A DNA stretch of 54,920 bases from a virus (lineage: Duplodnaviria; Caudoviricetes). The notes under the pieces are model-generated. The model made no database searches, was not told the DNA's origin, and saw only the letters and a list, made by a program, of their open reading frames with translations. Both the position numbers and the translations under genes were made by a program. Position 1 is the stretch's first letter. Each line of letters begins with the position of its first letter. The stretch spans positions 1 to 54,920 of the IMG/VR virus record IMGVR_UViG_3300025410_000024. The stretch is one strand, 5' to 3'. Shown one piece after another: positions 46,401 through 54,920 of the stretch.

Positions 46401-46518
46401 TTTCTTTATCTTGTGCTGTTGCAACGAATATAATCGGTGTACTTGATGGTGCGGCTGGAGTATAAAAACTCTCGTCGATAACGCTTACTTGTACGCCTGG
46501 TGAACCTAATGTGGCCAT
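43492..46518 (-). CDS. contractile tail sheath protein (gp18-like), enlarged
   Basis: SPGVQV..IDES, WFAPAG.RRG, INPI, DRINVARL, FEPND, EFIYI. Confidence 0.95.
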   Translation of the reverse strand: MATLGSPGVQVSVIDESFYTPAAPSSTPIIFVATAQDKENASGTGTAQGTIAANTGKVWLITSQRDLTDTFGTPLFYTDTNGNPLHGNELNEYGLQAAYSLLGASSSAYVVRADVDLGSLKGSTSVPTGAPMSGTYWIDTKSSLFGINEWNSGTNTFTVKTPLIIDDSNSATELMDGVPVDSFGQQGDYAVVVTSDNFTNYPNAVWYKTTASSNAWTEVGQTFDGGKQVVVSPHTQYPDFTSAGTTATTGSVWIKTTSPGYGSNWVVKYYNGSTQTWGTVSAPLYNSTVQAISKLDSVGGGKNIATGTIFVETDPDHYGINEDTPVAEFRVWRRNATSPTTITSAASTNYTSGTTSFTIRETLAESSSWSDSMSISWQGTTSTYVGQLLAQAVNTSGLINVTASFNAVTNRVTLTHALGGDIEITDFDNTPLSSAGFTAYDMSSKTGTANLYNAPASDGYGFIATNWKPLVYEALPTTPYTLPANDTLWYDTNLSSVDIMYHNGSQWTGYLNAFPDTDPNGPIVGATAPMTQSDGTDLMDGDIWVSTADIDRYGKDVYIWNGSTLTWDLQDVEDHTSPTGWVFADARWSSAGADSMETVTPIADLLVSNYVDPDVVDPALYPRGTRLWNLRRSGFNIKKYVAGYINILANNGENIMYENDPMSGYNTDRWVTVSPNDNNNVGTFGRLAQRGYIVSRMKATIDTNTDIRDTDTLVYNLIATPGYTETIANMVALNTDRGQTAFVVGDTPFRLAPTATTLYNWGKNTANALDNGEDGAVTYDNYMSMFYPSGYTTDNKGNNIVVPPSHMMLRTIVNSDAKSYQWFAPAGTRRGTVDNATSVGYIDSTGSFKTTAIYEGLRDTLHSVEINPIATIPGVGIVNFGQYTRSNGASALDRINVARLIAYLRRQLGILSKPFLFEPNDAQTRREIKAAAESLLIELVGQRALYDFIVVCDTSNNTPARIDRSELWLDIAIEPVKAVEFIYIPLRILNTGAIASGNLGAGFPGTNA

Positions 46519-46615
46519 TTGTCAATCTCCTTAGTGGATTACTTGTTTTATTTAGCCCGCATTATAAAAAATGCAGGTATTAAATACATATGAAAAGGGC
46601 ATAAAAAGGGCAGTA

Positions 46616-46951
46616 ATGAGAAAATTATGTAAAAAATGTGGTGAAAATCCAGTAGCAATCAATTATCATAAAGAAGGTCGTGCATTCTATAGATCAATGT
46701 GCGATCACTGTGCTCGCGGTTATAAAGAGAAAAGGCCACTTTGGGCACTTTCTGGATATAAGAAAAAATCTATATGTGATAGATGTGGATTTAAATCACC
46801 ACATCCTGAATCATTCAATGTATTTCACGTAGACGGAGAACTTACAAATTGTAAATTTACAAATCTAAAGACTGTATGCGCAAACTGTCAGAGAGTGCTA
46901 CATAAAGAGGGGGTTCGTTGGAAGCAAGGGGATCTTGTACCTGACTTTTAA
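46616..46951 (+). CDS. zinc-binding HNH-like protein
   Basis: Four CxxC pairs; HVDG..N...NL..VCANC. Confidence 0.75.
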   Translation: MRKLCKKCGENPVAINYHKEGRAFYRSMCDHCARGYKEKRPLWALSGYKKKSICDRCGFKSPHPESFNVFHVDGELTNCKFTNLKTVCANCQRVLHKEGVRWKQGDLVPDF

Positions 46952-47576
46952 TCATCGTTTGTAGTTGATCATATAGATCTTGTATAGATCCGTTATTATC
47001 TAATATATAATCAAATTTAGTGCCGACCCAACTTGTTTCACTTGCGTGTATTTTAAGTCTTTCTAATTTTTCTTTGCTAAGTGCCCAAGAAGTATTACCA
47101 TCTGGCCCTCTATTAACACTGACTGCGGCATCATACCATCTGGGTTCTGGACCGCGTACTACACGAATAACAATACCTCCGGCATCTTTGATTGATTTAA
47201 TCTCATTAGGAAAGCGGCAATCGCTGATAACAATATCGTCTTTTGAATTGCGGAGTTTATTTTCTAATGCGGCAATCCAAATATCATTGTGAAATGACTT
47301 GCGACATACTTCGGTGCCCCAGTATTGTAGAACCCATCGTGGTGTTAAATTGGGCATACCTAAACGCTCTGCCCACCAAGGATCTACTTGTTCTCGCCAT
47401 TCTCGGGCTTGTTTTGTCCTACCTTCGAGCAGATCTCTATCCCATCCAAACACCTGAGCAACAGCATCTTTTAAACTATTGGCAAAACTTTCTCTGCGAA
47501 ATTGATGAAAATTGCAAAGATAATCTGCTACTGTATCTTTACCTGAACTGATAAACCCGCATATTCCTACAATCAT
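46857..47576 (-). CDS. deoxynucleoside monophosphate kinase (gp1-like)
   Basis: GFISSGKDT, SFA..LK, TPR..LQ..GTE, DCRFPNE, HASE. Confidence 0.92.
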   Translation of the reverse strand: MIVGICGFISSGKDTVADYLCNFHQFRRESFANSLKDAVAQVFGWDRDLLEGRTKQAREWREQVDPWWAERLGMPNLTPRWVLQYWGTEVCRKSFHNDIWIAALENKLRNSKDDIVISDCRFPNEIKSIKDAGGIVIRVVRGPEPRWYDAAVSVNRGPDGNTSWALSKEKLERLKIHASETSWVGTKFDYILDNNGSIQDLYDQLQTMIKSQVQDPLASNEPPLYVALSDSLRIQSLDL

Positions 47577-47633
47577 AGTATCCCCTTGTGATACTATAAT
47601 TTATTACATTTTTATTATGATGTCAAGATTTGT

Positions 47634-48392
47634 TTAGCCAATTACAAACGTTAACGGAGTTCCGCCATCTTTGTAATTAATTAGATCTTGTTCTAGTATA
47701 TCAATATCGGCTTTTCCTTCTGCTTTGAGGGAAGCGCCGTTTAATTGTGTGCCGCCTTGTGGGCTAGCAATTGTGGCAAATTTCTCACGAGCCTCGCCTA
47801 ACATTATTTTACAGGTTGCCAAAGTATAATCACGTAACCATTGGCTAGCATATGGATCTTGTAATAGATTAAAGTCTGGACGATAATTATACATCCATAA
47901 TAATACTTCTTCAGAAGAGCGAGGACGTTGCATAATAGTCAATAATTTTGTAGTTTTATTAAATGTAAAATTAATATCACTACCAAACATTTTACCAACC
48001 TGCTTTTGATAACTAGCAAAAGCATAATATGTTGCTAACCCGCCCATATTTGTACTTGTTAACAAATAAGTATTAGAGTATGCAAGATTGAAAGGTTCAA
48101 ATAAACTTCCACCATCACCGCCGCCGGTACGTGAACCAATACTACGACGGAAAATTTGTCTAACTTCAGTGACTTCATTAGGTAGTAGGTAGTCATTTGT
48201 ATCTACTTCTATTGTTAGAAATCCAAAACTTTCTTCAGATGCATTACTACTTCTTTGTCTAAACTTATTTAAAGCACGGTCAATGGCGGTAGTATAGTGG
48301 ATAGGATCCAACTCAATATCAATCATACCGCTACCTAACATAGCTTGTACATAATCAATAACTTTTTGGCGTTCGTTTTCTGTATCAGTCAT
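47634..48392 (-). CDS. neck protein (gp13-like)
   Basis: LG...IDIEL...WLRDY.LA..K..LG..R.KF...GG..LNG. Confidence 0.85.
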   Translation of the reverse strand: MTDTENERQKVIDYVQAMLGSGMIDIELDPIHYTTAIDRALNKFRQRSSNASEESFGFLTIEVDTNDYLLPNEVTEVRQIFRRSIGSRTGGGDGGSLFEPFNLAYSNTYLLTSTNMGGLATYYAFASYQKQVGKMFGSDINFTFNKTTKLLTIMQRPRSSEEVLLWMYNYRPDFNLLQDPYASQWLRDYTLATCKIMLGEAREKFATIASPQGGTQLNGASLKAEGKADIDILEQDLINYKDGGTPLTFVIG

Positions 48393-48397
48393 ATGAA

Positions 48398-48414
48398 TAT
48401 TTAGCTTATAAATA
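48398..48414. promoter_or_regulatory. back-to-back late promoters
   Basis: TATTTA-GCT-TATAAATA: TAAATA on both strands, 5 and 7 nt from divergent ATGs. Confidence 0.75.
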
Positions 48415-48421
48415 CAATACT

Positions 48422-49162
48422 ATGCAGGACTCTTTTACCTTCTTACAAAACAAATATACCAAATGGTATTTTAATATTATTACTTCTGCTAAACTCAGAT
48501 CGATAGAATCTTACGGAGAAACACATCACATAATTCCTAAAAGTTTAGGTGGTAGTAATTCTAAAGAAAATCTTATATTTTTAAGTGCTAGAGAACATTT
48601 TATTTGTCACTGGTTACTTACTAAAATGGTAGAAAATGTTAAACACAAATACCAAATGTGGAATGCTTTTAGTTGTATGTTATACAGAGAAAATGATAAT
48701 CAAGAAAGATATAAAGTTAATTCTAAAATTTTTGAAAATATAAAAAAAGAAGGTTCTAAAATTAAAAGCATTAAATTTAGTGGAAAAAATAATCCTAGAT
48801 ATGGTATCAGGGGAGAAGCTCATCCGTCATACGGAAAAGAATGGACTATCGAGCACCGTAAAAATGCTAGCGAAGCGCATAAGGGATATATTAGAAGTTT
48901 AAAATCGAGACAAAAACAATCTGAAAAAACCCGAGGAAAAAAACAATCAATTGAGCATATACAAAATCGATCTGGAGTAAATCATCCTGGGTACGGAAAA
49001 GAATTATCAATAGATCGTAAAGAAAAAATAAGACAAGGTGTTTTAAATATGCCATTACATACTTGTGAGCATTGTGGTAAAACTACTACCAAAGGTAATT
49101 ATAAAAGATGGCACAACGATAACTGTAAGGTTATTAAAGGAGAATTAAAATTCCTCGATTAA
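48422..49162 (+). mobile_element. free-standing HNH homing endonuclease with NUMOD3-like repeats
   Basis: ETHHIIPKSLGGSN..ENL..LSAREHFICH.LL; HPSYGK/HPGYGK repeats; C-terminal CEHC..RWH..NC. Confidence 0.88.
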
Positions 49163-50370
49163 GTTTATACAAACCAGAAAAAAGTGCGGATTTTAAGTTC
49201 TTAGATCGCGTGATCAACGAACAATTTCAGGTTGGAGGTACAGATGTATTTGTACACAAATACCTAAGTCCTGTAGATCCATTAGATGGAGAAAGTACAC
49301 CTAGCACTCCAGTTAATACTAATGCTACTCCTGAATTAGGAATACAAGACGTTATTTTTATGGAAAATAGAGATCGTCACTATGCACCAGATGTATATAT
49401 AATTCGTGGCATTTATACAATGCAAGATTTAGATTTTAATCTAAGTCAATTTGGCTTATTTTTAAGCAATGATAATATATTAATTACTTTTCACCTTAGA
49501 GACAGTGTTGATAATATAGGTCGAAAATTAATGCCAGGGGATGTTATTGAACTTCCCCATTTAAAAGATGAATATGCGCTTGACAATAGTTTGGTTGCGT
49601 TAAAGAGATTTTATGTAATACAAGATGTTAGTCGTCCTGCTTCGGGGTTTAGCTCAACTTGGTATCCTCATTTACTTCGTGCTAAGTGTGTTCCGTTAGT
49701 TGATAGTCAGGAGTTCAGTGAAATTCTTGGGTCAGATGCAGGAGCCGGAGATGGTAGTACATTACGAGATCTATTAAGTACATATCAACAAAGTATCGAT
49801 ATCAATAATCAGATTATAGAACAAGCAGATGCTGATGTACCTAATAGTGGATTTAATACCACAAATTTATATGTTATTCCAACTACTACTAGTACAGGAC
49901 TTGTGAATGTTGCAGATTCTAGTGCGGCAGGAAGTACTACAGCATTGGGCGATGCAAGTATAGAACAAGCAATGTTGGATGCTAGTGTTGTATTACAAAC
50001 ACCTAACCAAGATTATTATGTTGGGTATCTTAGTGGAAATGGTTCACCGCCAAACGGTGCTCCATTTAGTTCTGGTATAAGTTTTCCATCTACTGCTGTT
50101 ACTGGGCAATTCTATTTGCGTACAGATTATTTGCCTAACAGATTATTCAGATATGACGGAAGGTTTTGGGTTAAATTTGAAGACAATGTTAGAATGACGT
50201 TGAATAACTTTGGAAGTCAAGATACCACAGGAGCATTTGCTGGCCAGCCTGTACGTCAAACACTTAAAACTGGATTTATTAATAATACAACAACTGCTAA
50301 TATTGATGGTCAGGTTGTAGTAGAGAGACAAGCACTGAGCAAAGCACTAAAAGCAAAGGCGGATAATTAA
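49150..50370 (+). CDS. neck protein (gp14-like), probable ATT start
   Basis: Frame open from ATT 49150 (IPRLSLYKPEK...) with GGAG 7 nt upstream; FMENRDR.Y, SQFGLF, GDVIELPHL. Confidence 0.75.
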   Translation: MPRLSLYKPEKSADFKFLDRVINEQFQVGGTDVFVHKYLSPVDPLDGESTPSTPVNTNATPELGIQDVIFMENRDRHYAPDVYIIRGIYTMQDLDFNLSQFGLFLSNDNILITFHLRDSVDNIGRKLMPGDVIELPHLKDEYALDNSLVALKRFYVIQDVSRPASGFSSTWYPHLLRAKCVPLVDSQEFSEILGSDAGAGDGSTLRDLLSTYQQSIDINNQIIEQADADVPNSGFNTTNLYVIPTTTSTGLVNVADSSAAGSTTALGDASIEQAMLDASVVLQTPNQDYYVGYLSGNGSPPNGAPFSSGISFPSTAVTGQFYLRTDYLPNRLFRYDGRFWVKFEDNVRMTLNNFGSQDTTGAFAGQPVRQTLKTGFINNTTTANIDGQVVVERQALSKALKAKADN

Positions 50371-50371
50371 A

Positions 50372-51799
50372 ATGGATTTTTTCTATGATGGGCAGGTAAG
50401 ACGCTATCTTACACAATTTATGCGTATTATGAGTAACTTTAGTTATCAAGATGCTAAAGGTACTCTTACTCGTGTGCCAGTTCGTTACGGAGATATGAGC
50501 AGACAAGTGGGTAGTCTATTGAAAAAGAACAGTGAGAATACTATTCCATCTGCTCCTTTTATTTCTTGTTATATTAAAGATTTACAATTTGATCAGGCTA
50601 GAGTACAAGACCCTACATTTGTTAGTACAATAAGTGTGCGAGAAAGGGCATTTGACTCAACAACTGGGCAATATCTTAATCAGCAAGGATCTAACTACAC
50701 GGTAGAAAAATTAATGCCTACTCCGTATCTAGCAACATTTAATGCAGATATATGGACTACTAATACTGAACAAAAATTACAGTTATGGGAACAAATTGCT
50801 GTACTGTTTAATCCCAGTTTAGAATTGCAAACTACTGACAATTATATTGACTGGACCAGTATCAGTGTATTAACACTAAAGGCTCAAAATTGGAGTAGTC
50901 GAAGTGTTCCGCAAGGAATGGAGCAAGATATAGATGTGCTAACAATGTCATTTGATTCTCACGTTTGGATAACTCCTCCTGCTAAAGTAAAACAATTGGG
51001 TATTATTACAAAAATTATTGCCAGTGCGGCGGCAGTCGCACAAGGAACCATTGCCAGCGACTTTTCTAATCCTGATGCTGTTATAACAACACAAAGCATA
51101 GATGTAGTTACCACAGATGTCTTTAATACCACAGTAACTCCAGGCGACTTTGACTTATTAGTATTGAATAATGTTGCCACACTTATATCAGAAAACACAC
51201 AAGGTGATATTATTGATATATCAGTTCCAGGAATTCAAAGTAGTTGGTTACGTTTATTAGATTTATATCCCGGGCAGTTCCGTGCAGGATTAAGTCAACT
51301 AAGATTAACAAAACCAGATGGCAATGAAATTGTAGCATACATCACATTGGATCCTACAGATGAACGACGTATGCTATTAAACATAGATGCAGATACAGTA
51401 CCATCAAATACAATTATATCTAGCACATATAATCCAACAGGTAGAGGATCAGTTGATGCTATTGTAAATCCAGAAACATTTAATCCTAAAAATAATGTAG
51501 CGGGTACTAGATATCTTATATTAGAAGATTTAAACATTAACCCTGAATACGGAAATCAAGGTTATGATGGCCCTAATGCTTGGAAAAATAATGATAATAC
51601 CGACCCACAAGCGTATGCAAATGATATTATAGAGTGGAACGGTAGTGCTTGGATTGTTATATTCAGTTCTGCATTAGTAAGTGCATTGACTTATATAACT
51701 AATTCATACACAGGAGTTCAATACAAATGGGATGGAACCAGTTGGTCTAAGAGCTTCGAAGGTGTTTACGATAAGGCAGCATGGAGACTCATTCTTTAA
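50372..51799 (+). CDS. tail terminator/sheath stabiliser (gp15-like) with C-terminal extension
   Basis: FFYD.Q.RRY..QF...VPVRYG...PTPY...EQI..LFNP. Confidence 0.82.
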   Translation: MDFFYDGQVRRYLTQFMRIMSNFSYQDAKGTLTRVPVRYGDMSRQVGSLLKKNSENTIPSAPFISCYIKDLQFDQARVQDPTFVSTISVRERAFDSTTGQYLNQQGSNYTVEKLMPTPYLATFNADIWTTNTEQKLQLWEQIAVLFNPSLELQTTDNYIDWTSISVLTLKAQNWSSRSVPQGMEQDIDVLTMSFDSHVWITPPAKVKQLGIITKIIASAAAVAQGTIASDFSNPDAVITTQSIDVVTTDVFNTTVTPGDFDLLVLNNVATLISENTQGDIIDISVPGIQSSWLRLLDLYPGQFRAGLSQLRLTKPDGNEIVAYITLDPTDERRMLLNIDADTVPSNTIISSTYNPTGRGSVDAIVNPETFNPKNNVAGTRYLILEDLNINPEYGNQGYDGPNAWKNNDNTDPQAYANDIIEWNGSAWIVIFSSALVSALTYITNSYTGVQYKWDGTSWSKSFEGVYDKAAWRLIL

Positions 51800-52224
51800 A
51801 TCAAATAATATGTAGCGGAGGATTATTTCTTTCGAGAAATACAAAAAGATTTTTACTATTGCTAAGAGCGCAAGGTAAAACTGCAAATACCTGGGGATTA
51901 GTTGGCGGAAAAAAAGAGCCTGCAGATTTAACACCATTTGATGCATTAAATAGAGAAATTGCAGAAGAAGTAGGAGTTATTCCTAAAATAAGAAAAGCTG
52001 TTCCGCTAGAGCTTTTTACATCAAACGATCAACATTTTCAATACCACACATATGTTCTTATAATTGATCGTGAGTTTATTCCTACACTCAACGACGAACA
52101 TTCCGGCTATGCTTGGGTAGAACTAAACAATTGGCCTAAACCACTACACAGAGGCCTAAAAAATACCCTTAATGGCAAAACCATTAAGGGCAAATTACAA
52201 ACTATACTAGATGTAATAGATTAA
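51781..52224 (+). CDS. Nudix hydrolase
   Basis: GGKKE...ALNREIAEEVG Nudix box. Confidence 0.9.
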   Translation: METHSLNQIICSGGLFLSRNTKRFLLLLRAQGKTANTWGLVGGKKEPADLTPFDALNREIAEEVGVIPKIRKAVPLELFTSNDQHFQYHTYVLIIDREFIPTLNDEHSGYAWVELNNWPKPLHRGLKNTLNGKTIKGKLQTILDVID

Positions 52225-52464
52225 TTATTGAACCGTTGCATCTGCGGATTCTTGCTGTGCTTGCTCTAATTGTTGCAATTGACTAGCAGTTTGGAATCTA
52301 ATTGGATTTAAAAAATCAACAACTTCAGCATAGCTGTGTGTTTTTGCAATCTCAAACAATGCATTTACCTGTCCTAGTGTTAATTGCAATGTAATAATGA
52401 TTGGTTGAACATCAGCTTGTTCTACTGTATCTTCTGTTGTATCATCAATTTGATCGTCTGACAT
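52225..52464 (-). CDS. small acidic protein
   Basis: AGGAG SD, late promoter 52497-52502. Confidence 0.7.
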   Translation of the reverse strand: MSDDQIDDTTEDTVEQADVQPIIITLQLTLGQVNALFEIAKTHSYAEVVDFLNPIRFQTASQLQQLEQAQQESADATVQ

Positions 52465-52534
52465 AAATTCTCCTGTTAAAATAAACTTGTCATTGTTATT
52501 TATAACCTAAAAAATGGATTATTAAAATATTGAG

Positions 52535-53089
52535 TTATTCTTTGTACCAGAACCATACATTACTTTCTGTAAATTGTACTGGTGTTGTTATATTATTTAA
52601 TTCTCTAAAATGTTTAACCGCAGTTTTAACAGAAAATAAATTCCAGTCGTGACCTGCAAAAATACCACCTTGGCGAACTTTTGGCCAATAATTAGTTACA
52701 TCTTCATAGGCGTTATCATAACTATGGTCACCGTCAATAAAAATATAATCCAATGATAAATCTTTGATTTTCTTAGATGCCTGTGTTGCAGACATTTCTA
52801 ATATTTCAACACGATGTCTATGTGGTCGTAATAATTCTATTGCTTGAGCTTTCCAGGATTGAGTTAATTCTGTGCCGACCATACCCCACCAATCCATATA
52901 AGGTGCCCAGGCATCAATAGCATATACCTTTTTAATTTTATCGGATAAATCTAAAAAATATCTTAGAGTAAACGCTTTGCATACACCTAATTCGCACCCT
53001 ATAAGATCTGTTCCTAAATCATCTATATAGGGTAACAATCCTGCGGCTGATACTACTTCTAACGGAACAACACTGGTGTTATTTGCCAT
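52535..53089 (-). CDS. class I SAM-dependent methyltransferase (Methyltransf_24-like)
   Basis: ELGV...AIDAW...YIFIDGDHSY...GGIFAGHD. Confidence 0.88.
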   Translation of the reverse strand: MANNTSVVPLEVVSAAGLLPYIDDLGTDLIGCELGVCKAFTLRYFLDLSDKIKKVYAIDAWAPYMDWWGMVGTELTQSWKAQAIELLRPHRHRVEILEMSATQASKKIKDLSLDYIFIDGDHSYDNAYEDVTNYWPKVRQGGIFAGHDWNLFSVKTAVKHFRELNNITTPVQFTESNVWFWYKE

Positions 53090-54034
53090 TTATAATTGTC
53101 TTTTAGGTAATAATGCAGGATTTATTCCTGTTGGTTTAGCAATAGCAGGAGTAGATAGAGTCTGCTGTCTCTGTTGAATAGGTTTTTGCGAAGCAATCGG
53201 TCTTGGGTATACCCAATTTAATGTACGTTTTATTTGATTAAAGTCGTCTGCAAGCCAAAAAGAAGTAGGCCCATATTGTTGCCATATATCTGGAGGTAAA
53301 ATAGATTGTCTTGACATATATTCAATTTTACGTCTTACTGTGTGTAATCCTTTTATTTTTGCCTGTGAATCAAATTCGTCGTAGCTATCTTCGACATTAT
53401 CGAAATCGTGTTCATACCATTCTTCCTCTAAGAAATCATAAATTTGTTTCATAGTACCTAATGGATCTTTAACCAATGTATCATATTCAACATATAATAA
53501 TTTACGTTTTTCATTACAGAACATACTGTGTTTTACATTAGTCAACGGCCCCGAAACATATCCAGCTAAATTAGGTACATTGCCCATAAGAATATTACTA
53601 CGTTCATATACATTATTAGTATCTTGATGATGATATAGAGGTTTAATTGTAAATGGATTTTTGTCTTGTAATTGCTCAAAAGAATCTAAAATCCAAGGTA
53701 TTTCTCTAAGGCATACAATCATTTTAAAATCTGGGAATATGTCATTTAATAATGCAGTATCACTTGACCATCCTCGACTTGTGTTAAAACAAACCTCATT
53801 TCCGTCTTTGTAGAAATTATCAAACAATCCTTTAATTAATTGTTTTCTTTTTTCAATTGGTACAGCAGCCTCCATTCCTACTGCTGTACTAGTTTCTTTA
53901 ATAATGCTATGTACATACCCTTGCAATGGATCACTGATGTTAGCCGTAAACTTAGGATTTTGTTTTAGGATTGCACTTAATAAAGTTGAACCTGATCTTG
54001 GCAATCCTGATATAAAATGATATTTTTTAAACAT
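53090..54034 (-). CDS. PAPS-dependent sulfotransferase family protein
   Basis: SGLPRSGSTLL, CLR....LDS, VEYDTLV.DP...IYDFL. Confidence 0.88.
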   Translation of the reverse strand: MFKKYHFISGLPRSGSTLLSAILKQNPKFTANISDPLQGYVHSIIKETSTAVGMEAAVPIEKRKQLIKGLFDNFYKDGNEVCFNTSRGWSSDTALLNDIFPDFKMIVCLREIPWILDSFEQLQDKNPFTIKPLYHHQDTNNVYERSNILMGNVPNLAGYVSGPLTNVKHSMFCNEKRKLLYVEYDTLVKDPLGTMKQIYDFLEEEWYEHDFDNVEDSYDEFDSQAKIKGLHTVRRKIEYMSRQSILPPDIWQQYGPTSFWLADDFNQIKRTLNWVYPRPIASQKPIQQRQQTLSTPAIAKPTGINPALLPKRQL

Positions 54035-54920
54035 TATTGTTATTTTTAGTAATTAATTTTTTGATATCTGCAAGATACAAATACTTAATGTCACTGTTAA
54101 ACAAAGTCATAATAGCATCGATTACTGTTTCTACCAATGGTTGACCACCTAAATTAAAACTGGTATTAAACACTACAGGAACTCCTGTTTTTGCATAAAA
54201 TGACGAAATCAATTCATAATATCCTGCATTTTCGTCTGCATTAACAGTTTGTACACGACAAGTATTGTCTACGTGTGTAACTGCTGGTATTTGATCAATT
54301 TTATCTGGCCTTACATCGACAGCATACATCATAAATGGACTTGAATCCATTCCTGCCATATCAAACCATTCATTAGCGTGTTCTTCAAGCACACTACCTG
54401 CAAATGGGCGGAACCATTCACGTTTTTTAACAGAATTAACAAATTCTTTTCCGTCGGGTCTACGTGGATCAAATAAAATACTACGATTTCCTAATGCACG
54501 AGGACCTCCCTCTGCACAACCTTGGAATAATGCAACAATATTTCCTTGATCGAGTAAATCTGCAATTGCATCGGCAGTTGTATCTTCGATAGAAATATTG
54601 ACATTATTTTGTTGAATTATATCAAGTTGAGAATAATCAGGTGGTGCTCCTAAATATACACTTGTTAATTTAGAAGGTTCTGTATTTCCTGAATAATTAA
54701 ACCAGGCATAACGAGCAAGACCAATTGCAGTTCCGCCGTCGTGTGCTATAGGATCAATATAAAACTTAAGATCTGGAAAATGTTTAACAAATTTGTAGTT
54801 TGCAACACAGTTTAATCCGTATCCACCTGAGATTACAATATTTGTTTCTCCAGTAAGATCTACAGCTTTCTGAATTAAATTATACATTTGTTCTTCAGTT
54901 TCTTTCTGAATCTTATAAGC
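54027..54920 (-). CDS. carbamoyltransferase (NodU/CmcH/TobZ family), 5' end beyond window
   Basis: SGGYGLNCVAN, DGGTAIG, EGGPRALGNRSIL, KKREWFRPFA, NTSFN; frame open to window edge. Confidence 0.92.
   Translation of the reverse strand, partial: AYKIQKETEEQMYNLIQKAVDLTGETNIVISGGYGLNCVANYKFVKHFPDLKFYIDPIAHDGGTAIGLARYAWFNYSGNTEPSKLTSVYLGAPPDYSQLDIIQQNNVNISIEDTTADAIADLLDQGNIVALFQGCAEGGPRALGNRSILFDPRRPDGKEFVNSVKKREWFRPFAGSVLEEHANEWFDMAGMDSSPFMMYAVDVRPDKIDQIPAVTHVDNTCRVQTVNADENAGYYELISSFYAKTGVPVVFNTSFNLGGQPLVETVIDAIMTLFNSDIKYLYLADIKKLITKNNNNV

Noticed and set aside
18986-46518. Stop-codon reassignment, or inteins in core genes
   Set aside because: Helicase, primase, UvsX, UvsW, terminase and sheath are uninterrupted in code 11 and show no intein motifs
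48422-49162. Group I intron around the HNH gene
   Set aside because: The ORF fills the insert, leaving no room for a ribozyme core, and there is no terminal G before the gp14 sequence

Overview
Fragment of a large T4-like (myovirus, probably jumbo) bacteriophage genome; sigma70-consensus promoters and AGGAG Shine-Dalgarno (SD) sites point to a proteobacterial-type host. About 1-14.4 kb is an all plus-strand early island: a tRNA(CAT) and roughly 45 small genes driven by 26 near-consensus TTGACA-N17-TATAAT promoter cassettes. These cassettes share AC-rich leaders and two recurrent palindromes, TGTTG-N8-CAACA and ACCCT-N9/10-AGGGT, and the island also holds a candidate anti-SD small RNA. An A/T-tract boundary (14.4-15.2 kb) separates it from a more AT-rich, mostly minus-strand core. 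The core encodes helicase, primase, UvsW/X/Y, SSB, a 189-aa miniature DnaE-like protein, ADP-heptose enzymes, terminase, head/neck/tail genes and methyl-, sulfo- and carbamoyltransferases. Most late TAAATA promoters lie 5-7 nt from the ATG, implying leaderless mRNAs. An HNH homing endonuclease sits at the start of the gp14 neck gene, which appears to begin at ATT. A putative protease-released head-protein module resembles the first early protein. All calls come from motif recognition by eye; no database searches were run.
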